A DNA stretch of 64,000 nt from Macrostomum hystrix (Eukaryota; Animalia; Platyhelminthes), in NCBI GenBank assembly GCA_950097015.1, contig CATNEN010000002.1, positions 8,494,001 through 8,558,000 of the forward strand, given 5' to 3'. Both the position numbers and the translations under genes were made by a program. How positions within the stretch are numbered: position 1 is the first letter of the stretch; each line of letters opens with the position of its first letter. The notes beneath the pieces are model-generated. The model searched no databases. It had not been told where the DNA came from and was given only the letters and a program-made list of their open reading frames with translations. This document shows, piece by piece, positions 48,067 through 57,883 of the stretch.

Positions 48067-48855
48067 TTGTCAGAGATGGAGGACCGATTGGTAGGAGCGA
48101 TGACTGCAATGGGAATTAATGAGGCTCCGCGGAGGCTTTACTGGAAGAAGGAATTGGACGAATTGGGAGCTCAATTGGGAGTTGAACTCCCAATCCAATT
48201 CAGGGAAGAGCAGCCTAATTGGCCACTCATTGTAATCTCCTCAAGAAACTTCTCTCCTCAAACTCCTTCTCTCCTCCCCGAGACGTTCGTGTTCCTCGGC
48301 GAGGGAAATTTCACCTTCTGCACGGCCTTCGCTGCCTACCGCGGCTCCTGGCTGGGAATTGTGCCCACCAACTACTACGCAAATGGAGCCGTTCCTGCAG
48401 ACATGCAGCAGGCCTGGAATGAAACTGCGCCTCCTCGACGCCATCTCGACGCAACAAACATGGGAACTCGAGATGATCTGCTCGGGAATATGGGAATTCC
48501 TAAGACTTCTGCCATCACCCTTTGGTTCCAGTGTCCTTGGCGTCATGGTGTCGGAGGAGTAGAGACGCTCCTGAAGTGCATGTTTTCTAGCGCTGCAGGG
48601 GTGCAAAATCAAGGCGAACTGTTTCTCGTCGGACTGTGCGTCGATCCCAGGCGTGGTAACGATCAAGGACCGTATTTCCGCCGGTACGGCCAGGTGACGG
48701 CAGCAGCCGGTGCCGCAGGATACGATTGCCTTGGCGCTGACCAGCAGTTTGTTGGCCAAATGCTTGAATTGGGGTATAAGCACCATAGCGATAAGCAACA
48801 AGTTGGCCTAACTAGAAATGACCAATTCGCCACTCTCCTGTTCAGAAAAAAGTGA
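48067..48855 (+). CDS. BMT5/DUF2431 (PF10354)-like SAM-dependent methyltransferase domain protein (single large exon; may be spliced to an upstream exon)
   Basis: FVFLGEGNFTFCTAF (cf. LLVGEGNFSF), IVPT, HLDATNM (cf. VDAT), LWFQCPW (cf. IFNFPH), LLKCMFSSA, GELFLV and GYKH occur in family order. Possible acceptor CTGCAG at ~48065. Confidence 0.6.
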   Translation: MSEMEDRLVGAMTAMGINEAPRRLYWKKELDELGAQLGVELPIQFREEQPNWPLIVISSRNFSPQTPSLLPETFVFLGEGNFTFCTAFAAYRGSWLGIVPTNYYANGAVPADMQQAWNETAPPRRHLDATNMGTRDDLLGNMGIPKTSAITLWFQCPWRHGVGGVETLLKCMFSSAAGVQNQGELFLVGLCVDPRRGNDQGPYFRRYGQVTAAAGAAGYDCLGADQQFVGQMLELGYKHHSDKQQVGLTRNDQFATLLFRKK

Positions 48856-49261
48856 GTTGAATTTAAAATTATTATCTATTTTTTTTCTGGACCAGTGCAA
48901 ACTGCAGTCGGGATCGGAATCCGGTGAACTGGGTGCCCGCTCTGCTCAATCCAGCTCATTTCCCTCACCTGCAACAATCCGCTGCAGCCAGAGCTGCGCA
49001 CAGACTGAATCCAGGCATTCTCTCTGTCCCACCTGTCATGACACCTGCCACAATGTCTCCCTTTTGTTCCTCACCAAAGTCGGACAAGACCAGTCAGTGC
49101 CTTGGCTAAGTCTCGAAATATACTCGCCTTTCTACTGTGAGTAGAGAATAGCATAGAGGCAAAATCCTCTCTCTTCTATTCCTTAAAATTCATTTAGTCC
49201 TCTACGTTGGCTACTGAAAGTAGTGCTGTAAGCTGTTTGTCATAGTACAGATCGTATTGCG

Positions 49262-49705
49262 TTGTCACCTTTCAGGCATCCAGCTTCGCGTGTGTACATC
49301 CATGGTGAATATCCGATTCACACTCCCGATTTCGGCCTGTACGTGACGTGCAAAGATGATGGAAGAAATGAAATTACTGCATTGGGCGACAGCTACGTGC
49401 AGGGTGAAGTGGTACCACAAACGCTGACTCGCGATCAGTGGTTGCAGTTAAAAAAATTGATTGACAATCAAGTACAGACTGCCCAGCAACAGCAAGAGCC
49501 GAAAGTCCATGGACAACAGCAAAGTCAAAAATCAGAAACATGTTTTGCAGTAAAAGACGGCAAACTTTATTTCTCGTACGAGTATAAGTCAAGTGTTTTA
49601 AGTGAAAAATATAAAAACGTCAAAGTACATGACGAAACCGAGATCTCATATCTCGAGTGGCGCAACAAGTCCAGCCAGATTGACCAGCTGTTTGCACAGC
49701 AGTGA
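49262..49705 (+). CDS. Hypothetical protein with possible PC4-like (whirly) repeats
   Basis: Non-repetitive 147-codon ORF. TLTRDQWLQLKKLIDNQV and EISYLEWRNKSSQIDQLF resemble the PC4 C-terminal helix (SLxxEQWxxL...ID). The start is uncertain. Confidence 0.35.
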   Translation: MSPFRHPASRVYIHGEYPIHTPDFGLYVTCKDDGRNEITALGDSYVQGEVVPQTLTRDQWLQLKKLIDNQVQTAQQQQEPKVHGQQQSQKSETCFAVKDGKLYFSYEYKSSVLSEKYKNVKVHDETEISYLEWRNKSSQIDQLFAQQ

Positions 49706-50344
49706 CAACTCAGCCGGATCATGTCTGCAGACAATTCAATTCTGCCACCATTGACCACATTTTACCCAAACTGTCCAGACTGAAAAATCAATGCGTTCTT
49801 TTCGTTCCATTTGCCTTTTGGTTCCAACTATCAAAGCTAATTTTGTTCCTTTCTTGCTACTAAAATGAATTAGTTTTCCTTTTATTGCACAAATACTCGA
49901 ACTCATTGACTAATTAGCACATTGACGCACCTGTTGAGTAACTTTTTGTTAATCTTTTATTGCACAAATACTCGAACTCATTGACTAATTAGCACATTGA
50001 GGCACCTGTTGAGTAACTTTTTGATAATATTTTATTGATTTTACTGTTATCACATGGCAATACTTAAAGTATCGTGTTTTATTGGCCTGGTGGTTGCTGC
50101 CTTCATTTTTTTTGTTTGCAGTCTTGCTTTCTGTCAATATGAATATGATTCAATATATATCAATATGATTCGCTTGCAACACTTCCTAATTTAAACTTGC
50201 TATTCAATATGATTCGCTTGCAACACTTCCTAATTTAAACTTGCTATTCAATATGATTCGCTTGCAACATTTCCTAATCAAATTTAAACATCTTTGTTTT
50301 CTGAATTCAATGAGTTTTGCGGAAGCATCTCAACTTTGAGCTGT

Positions 50345-50705
50345 CGCGTCAGTTTTCTTGTCAGTGATCGATAGCTGTCAGTTTTCTTGTCAGTGATCGA
50401 TAGCTGTCAGTTTTCTTGTCAGTGATCGATAGCTGTCAGTTTTCTTGTCAGTGATCGATAGCTGTCAGTTTTCTTGTCAGTGATCGATAGCTGTCAGTTT
50501 TCTTGTCAGTGATCGATAGCTGTCAGTTTTCTTTTCAGTGATCGATAGCTGTCAGTTTTCTTGTCAGTGATCGATAGCTGTCAGTTTTCTTGTCAGTGAT
50601 CGATAGCTGTCAGTTTTCTTGTCAGTGATCGATAGCTGTCTGTTTTCTTGTCAGTAATCGATAGCTGTCAGTTTTACTTGTCAGTGATCGATAGCTGTCA
50701 GATTT
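50345..50705. repeat. 29-bp minisatellite (GTCAGTTTTCTTGTCAGTGATCGATAGCT)n
   Basis: About 12 tandem units. Confidence 0.95.
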
Positions 50706-51039
50706 TCCTCTTTGTTTAGTCGGATTCAAATTGGTTTTAGATTTTTACTCGACGAAATTGATACTCTGGTTTGCCGCTTATTATTTACTGAACTGCTTTT
50801 TGATTTGAATAAATTGAAGGATCGAGAAGTCTAATTGCTTGCGGCTTATTCCTGATTACGTAATCATTAGCAAGAAATCCTCATTTAAATATTTGGTCGG
50901 TGACCAATCAGCTATCAGCGTCTTTATCGTTTGTCAGTCGTCAGCTGAAATAATAGCTGACTAATGTTTGAGGCATTCAAGCGTAGAACTTTACAACCAC
51001 GGAAATTGGCGTGCAAACAGACTACATGTGGAAAGACAC

Positions 51040-51560
51040 AGGTGCCTTCAGGTGCCTTCAGGTGCAACAGGTTAGCACAGGTGCCACAGGTTCCACAGGT
51101 GCCTTCATGTGCCACAGGTGCCTTCATGTGCCACAGGTGCCACAGGTGCCTTCAGCTGCAACAGGTTACCACAGGTGCCACAGGTGCCTTCAGGTGCGAC
51201 AGGTGCCTTCAGGTGCGACAGGTTAGCACAGGTGCCACAGGTTCCACAGGTGCCTTCATGTGCCACAGGTGCCTTCATGTGCCACAGGTGCCACAGGTGC
51301 CTTCAGGTGCAACAGGTTACCACAGGTGCCACAGGTGCCTTCAGGTGCGACAGGTGCCTTCAGGTGCGACAGGTGCCTTCAGGAGCGACAGGCGCCTTCA
51401 GGTGCCACAGGTGCCACAGGTGCTACAGGTGCCTTAAGGTGCTACAGGTTACCACAGGTGCTACAGGTGCCTTAAGGTGCTACAGGTTACCGCAGGTGCC
51501 ACAGGTTACCACAGGTGCTACAGGTGCCTTAAGGTGCAACAGGTACTACAGGTGCCACCA
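51040..51560. repeat. 9-bp-based minisatellite (CAGGTGCCA/CAGGTGCCT)n
   Basis: Degenerate tandem array that explains the overlapping QVPQVP/TGATGA ORFs. Confidence 0.9.
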
Positions 51561-52059
51561 GTGCCTTCGGTTGCACATTGGGAAAATCATCGCAAAACGC
51601 ACAGGTGATCAATTATTCAGTTTATTTTGCATTTTCGATCCTCGGCTAAACTGAGTCAGTGAGAAGCCCCAGCAGGTGCACAATGCACAGCTGCACTCTT
51701 TTGGCCGATAATAATAAAAACTTCATGCGAAATCTTATTAGTAGCAGATGACCAGCAAGCTGATGCATGGCACAAGTTAGAAATCAGCAGACCAGTCTGC
51801 TTAATTATGAGCAGTTGGCTTGCCAGCTTACTACTTAGTAGCCCGAATAATAGTAGTAATGCCACATTTACTTGTAATCAGAATTATATACATATACTAT
51901 AAAATACAAGCAAATATGCATATACTCTTTCACGTTCTAGTCCAGGGAGACTGTAAAGTACTGCTCAATCGAATTGTTTGAGCACCCGACTCTAGAACTG
52001 AGAGGATGAGAGCGCCAATGTTTTCCCAGAAGAAAATATTCAAGCCCTTAGTTAGATAT

Positions 52060-52230
52060 TTCAATTACCCGTTGCGTCAGTACACCCAGGTGTAAAGTGG
52101 GTGCCAGCATTAGAAATTAAATAATTCGTTTTGGTTGCCCTCCCAGTCCATGGACTGGGGCTAATGTACACAGCATTCGGATTCTGATGCACCGCGCAAT
52201 GGCAGCTGGACAAAGATTAGGTCTTTGATG
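52060..52230 (+). mobile_element. SINE family B central/3' fragment
   Basis: CACCCAGGTGTAAAGTGGGTGCCAGC and CCCAGTCCATGGACTGGG are shared with the 29870 copy. Confidence 0.55.
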
Positions 52231-52365
52231 CATTTTCTATTTATCTTGCCCTCTGATAAGCAACTTTGCTTTTTGGGTAAGAAAAGTTTATTATAGGGAA
52301 TAAACTGCCGAAGAATCTGACGATTAAAAATGTCTCTGTGTAAGACAATGCTTAAAACTCTAAAT

Positions 52366-53477
52366 TCAGCGAATCAGGCCGAAAAAGCTGCCAATCTCGA
52401 CATCAGTCGCGGTGGAGTTGATGACAGCTGCAAAGTGCACCGAGCCGTTCAGAATTCGCGCGTCGTTGATCCGGAATCCCATGAGCATACAGAGTGTGGC
52501 CAATGGGTCTGAGCGGGTCCAGGTTGCAATGTTATGCATTTGAGACTGCGGCACCAAGGCAGAGTTGGAGTAGAAGCGAATGTCCTGCGAAGAAGCAGAA
52601 GTCACAGCGACTTCCACGAACGCGTTTGTGTCAAAACTGTTTGTTGCAGCTGGCGTTTGATACCCGATGGCAATTGCGGGAAGGAATCTGTAGAAGAGCA
52701 GTCCGCGATCACCCGGTGTTCCGTCCCAGAAGCCGGCTCCGCGGTTGCCCTTGTCGCTGCACACGTAAGTCTCCAGAAACGGGGTTTCCTTATTTTGTCG
52801 CTTGAGCCTAATCAGCCACGTGAGCCCCTGCTGCAAGTTGGCGAACTCCACTCCCTCCAGCCACATCTTGGACGACACTCCGTTGAACTTGGCTCCTTCG
52901 CTGCTGAACTCGACTGAATCCGACTGCCACTGCTGTTTCTCGCCGCACACCAAGTTGCTTTTGCTGGCTTCCTCATCGTCGCTCATCACCCAGGCCCCTC
53001 GAAGCTTCGAGCCCACACTGCTCATCAGCTTCCTGCTCAGCGTCATGAAGTTGACGGCTCTGGCATTGGCGAACGCAAGGCATCTTTTTGGTGTGCTGAT
53101 CCCATTGCTGGCTGGGGCATCGATGAGGTGGCACACGGCAATGTACTGGAACAGCGAGCACTGGCGAGTGTCCGAGTCGAACTGGGCCACCAGCAGGCCG
53201 CTCAGTTGGCTGCCATAGAAGACGCACTCGATGTCAGCCCGCGCCGATGCGCCCTGCACCGCCAGAGTCTCGGCAAGGCAGCTCGCCGTCTCGAGCCTCT
53301 GCCACTGAGTCGAGGCGGTGCAGTTGATCAGCCGGGCCAGGCAGACCAGGCCGAGCAGAGCTGCACCTGAAACTGAGGCGGCATATTCAAATTATAGTAT
53401 ATAGAGGTATAATGTTCCGTCGATTGAATCAAGGGCCAAAAGGTGCGAAACCTACTTGCACCAGCTCGCTTTAGCAT
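52366..53477 (-). CDS. Secreted PAN/apple-like + ConA/LamG-like domain protein; exons 53477-53456 and 53366-52366
   Basis: Spliced N-terminus MLKRAGASAALLGLVCLARLINCTAS (signal peptide); PAN-like DIECVFYG...AQFDSDTRQCSLF; then GAWVMSD...AKFNGVSSKMWL...LTWLIRLK...IRFYSN...RILNGSVH, typical of a LamG-like sandwich. Confidence 0.65.
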
Positions 53478-55229
53478 GTGGGGCCGTTAGAATCCACAGT
53501 GTCCGCCACACAGAAACAGAGCTTGCAGGTCTTGCCGTCTCACTATGAATTTGACGGTTGAAATAATATATTTCTAGCTGGACGTACAAGACCAACGTAA
53601 CCCAAGCAACCAAAGACCCCCCAGCCAATGATTGTGAGTAGTGAAGAGATGACTTTACTTGATCTCGATTGGAACCATCCGCCATTGTAAAAGGACTTTC
53701 TGTTAAAAAGTTAACTTGTTGAAAACAGTCACCCGCCTCGTCGCTTGGAGTGAGAGGATGCCGGGTGATTATGCATTATGGGAGAAGTCACTCCTATGCT
53801 GATCTCTCCTATAATTGAGCAGCGGGCTCTATTTTGCTTTCCGCATGCATCTATATCCTTACAATCAATAATAAATTGCTTTGGCATGAGGGTTCCCATC
53901 AGCCTCGCTTGCATCTAAACTTGCATATGCATTTTGGAGCGTTCTTAGAAGCAAAAAAGAATTAAACTCACAACCCCGCATCTCTTTTCCCCTCCATTCA
54001 AACTCTGCATCTTACCCCCTTCGTATTAAACTATTATTAATAGACGATTAAGCTTTTTATAAATTTTTCCTGTGTTGTTTTATATAGTAGCCTTGGCAAA
54101 AACTAGAACTATGCAGCTACAACAACTACAAGACAGTATGTTTGTGTTCCTGTTGGTTACCTCTGAGAAATTTACATGCTTCAGTGCAAGTTTTTAGTTT
54201 TTAATTTACATAAGCATTTACATACATAAGTACATGTAGCATGCACTTATCGAATTGCGCATTACTGAACAGAACGATCCTATTGTGGTAGTAAATTTCT
54301 GGATTTTTGTAGCCTAAAATTTAGCCAGAACTAGTTTTAGCCAGTTATCTACGGGAAATTTTCTGCTACAGTACGAAGAATATCCGGCAGCTCCTGCAAA
54401 GGCGGAATTCTACATTTTTGTCAACAAAGTCCCGTACGGCTGAATAGCAAGAATTAGAGCCGACAATTCGTACCCATGCCAATGTCGCAAATCGATAAGG
54501 TAAGCAGTGTAAAATTCAAAAAAAGAACATACTGCATAATTTTTTAAATTTGCATTAGGATGTGCTTAGCATTGTTGGAAAATGGGGTACTTAAATAAAT
54601 TTACTGGGTTTGCGTCGTTTAAATACTTAATCTTCTTGGAAAAATTACGTTAATTATGTAACTAAAATAAGTTAAACAGTCGAGGAATATGTTATAGACC
54701 TATATCTAAGTCCTTATTCTATAGAATTAAAATCAGAAAATGATATACTAGGGGTAAAAAAGTTCCTATTGGTATAAGTTATATTAATATTTAATCTATT
54801 TTTCGAAAATCTTTTTCGTCAACAGCAAGTCGCCTAGTGTTATAAAACTATAGTATAAAGTTAGTTATTAGTCCTTAAATTAAAGTCAGCAAAGTTAACA
54901 AAAATGAATGGAATGATCTAATTCATAACTGAGATTACAAGACTATGGTTAAATTAAGTATGACAGCCCAGGCAATGTTCTACTTCCAATCGTTATATTA
55001 TTTTTTTTTGCAAATGACAGATAACGACAAAAAACAAGTTTAATGGTAACAAAAAGTCTGTAGTTTGGTCAGATAGTTCTGAAAAGGCTTGGTCAGTCTT
55101 TCTTTCTCTTTCTTTCTTGGGAAGACTAAGACTTAGAGTTTATAGACGGCGCCATAAGAATTATTCGAGGTGGCTTTTGAATAGAGCATCACTCGTGCCA
55201 TGCATTTGACGCAGGCGCAGCTTGGCCTT

Positions 55230-55870
55230 TGCAAAATCTTCAGCTGCAGAATTTCTGTGCTTTAGCTTCCTGTTCCCCCATATTTGCCAGATTTTGCCAT
55301 AGACATAGATCCAAGTGTCAAGTCACGGCAAAGCCACATCAGCACAACTTTTTCAAACTCAGAATGCACCTGTGGCACGAATTCAAACAAAAAAATAATA
55401 TTCCAATCCCTTGGAGTGCAAGACACTGTCACCATGTACCACCGAATTCTTAAAGCTGAATGCACTCTTTAGAATATCTTGCGCACTCATATCAAACAGT
55501 ATATTGATCAGACTATTACAGCATCTGTGTCATTTTTTTGTTCTTTTAAAGTTGGCAATTTTGTTGGTTGGTTAAAGTCCTGTGTTCCCTATGCTCTGTG
55601 TGCTGGTGTTGTTTACAATTTTACCTACTCTGATGACCAAAGTGTCTCCTACGTGGGGAAAACCAAAAAGCACACAAGAATAAGGGAACACTGGCTCAAA
55701 CCATTGGCAATCCAAACTCATCTCTTAGAATGTAATAGTTGTTCTAACTGCATACCCAAAGAACATTTCAAAGTTATTGACAAAAGCCCATTTGACTCTA
55801 GGTTAAAGATTCTCAATACACATTAATGCCCAGACCCTAAGACTCAATACCCAAGTTCAATATAGTGGAG
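55230..55870 (+). mobile_element. Penelope-like retroelement remnant (GIY-YIG endonuclease)
   Basis: GVVYNFTY...SYVGKTKKH-TRIREH...AIQTHLLEC...HFKVIDKS follows the PLE GIY-YIG pattern. Degraded; no RT core was seen. Confidence 0.7.
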
Positions 55871-57883
55871 TAGGTCACATTCTCTGTGTTTTTTTGAGAA
55901 GGTACACTGGCTGCACTGCACACTTTGTATAGCTGGCTGCAACCTATTACACTGCCTGCCCTAGACAGTGCCTTGGCTTACAGACTAATTACTGTACATA
56001 GCTAATTAAGGTTTTTTTCTCACTAATAATTTTATTATACCCATAAATATCCACTCATTCACATTCTCTCAATAGTGACAAATAAACCTGAAGATGCAAG
56101 CAACTTAGCCTTAAATTCAAAGACTCTTGCTTACAGTAGTTGTTTTATTTTTTTGTGGTTGTTTTGACCTATGGTAATGTAGACATGTGGTCATTTTGTT
56201 GAGTGGCAATTTTGACGTGTGGCTGTTTTGACATGGAAGCTTTGTTTCTAGACATGATAGAATGAATTTTTCAATAAAATAGCATTCTATCAGTATAATT
56301 CAGCTAATTTAGTCTAAGTCAATAAACTTTTGTGTTCAACATTAAGTGTATAAAACTTAACAGAGTATTAGTAAACATAGTTGCCTAAGTTAACCTTGCT
56401 TGTTGCTAAAATAAAGTTAGTAGTAGTAAAAACAAGAGGCCAAATTTTTATTTTATATAGGCCTAGTTTACTAGTTAGTACTTGATAGGCGCTGAGTTGC
56501 AAAGCAGTTTATATGTTTGCCTGCTGTACCAAAGTCTATGCTTTATTCCATGGCAAGGCTAATAACATACAGTCAATATTATTAGAATATTTTGACAAAT
56601 TATCAGCATACCATTTTCATAATTTTTGGGTCTCACATTCTGCAAAATATTTTCCAGGTTCTCATATTTGTCAAATTTAGGACATGTCATTATTGCATAT
56701 TTTTTCTAGTGTAAATTTTTCATGTTGCTTTGCTTTTTACTTTTGTCTTGTGTACTATGCATTTGGGCTACTTTTTGCATCTGTGTCATGTGTTCATGGG
56801 TTTTTTCAAACATTCAAATAGGGCATACAATATAGATAGATAGTGTAGCAATAGTTGATGCATGAGCCATGCAACATGTTAGTTTTCAATTATACAGCAT
56901 TGTACTATTCCATGTAATCTATATATAATAAGTCAGGTGACATTGTTAGTTTTTTACTTTTAAATGTGAGCTTGAATGAAGCAGCAACAACATCAGCAGC
57001 AGCACCATATCCTGAATGTATAGTGTCCTGGACTATGACTCAAATTGAGTCACAATTTGCTAAAATATAGTGGGATAGTGACTATGCCGCAGATGTGTAT
57101 TGGTTAAAGTTTCAGAGTTAGAAAGGTGTTAATAAGAAAGGGAGTGACTATTATATTACCCACGGCAAAACCATATGTATACAGTGAGCAGTGTACACAT
57201 CAAGGCGTTAGTGCAAAATCAGTCAGCCAGGGGTCACATGCCTTGGCACATTGCAAGCAAGACAATGAACCCTCATTCCTCTCTGCAGACACAAATCAGC
57301 CAGATTAGTGATAATATAGGCCAGATTGCAGATGCAACCGCAATAAAGTCTGTCAAATTGGCAGTCAAGAAGCCTTTTCTTCAAGTGGCCATGGAAATAC
57401 CGTGGCAAAAAGCAGTTTTTCACACTTTAAACAGCCTTAGCATTGTAAGAATTGTTAGCAAAATCTGCCGCATCATCGATTGAAAATTTGAGATCAATCA
57501 GTGCAAGTCCTGTCAAGATTGGTCTTGTGGTTCAGTCTAAAACGTAAACTTCGCCAACAGACAGGCAGACATGGTCAAGTGTAGTTATATATATAGAAGA
57601 CTTAGGAAAGAAACCTTTTTTTAATTTAAGAAAATATATCTTCCAAATTGTAGTTTTTATTTCAAACTAATTTGCACTTTCTGGTTGTCACTATAGCTCA
57701 TTATAGTTTAGTCAAAAGATAGGACAAGAAAGTAGTGTATTTAGAATGTAGAAAAGTGTTGCTATCAAGTTTTCATATGAAAACTTAATCTATTCACTAT
57801 ATAGAAATCGTCACACTGGTGCTTTATATAATGTAGATATGATCAGTTTTGCTCCCCAAACCAATTCGCTTGCAGGCAGCCAA

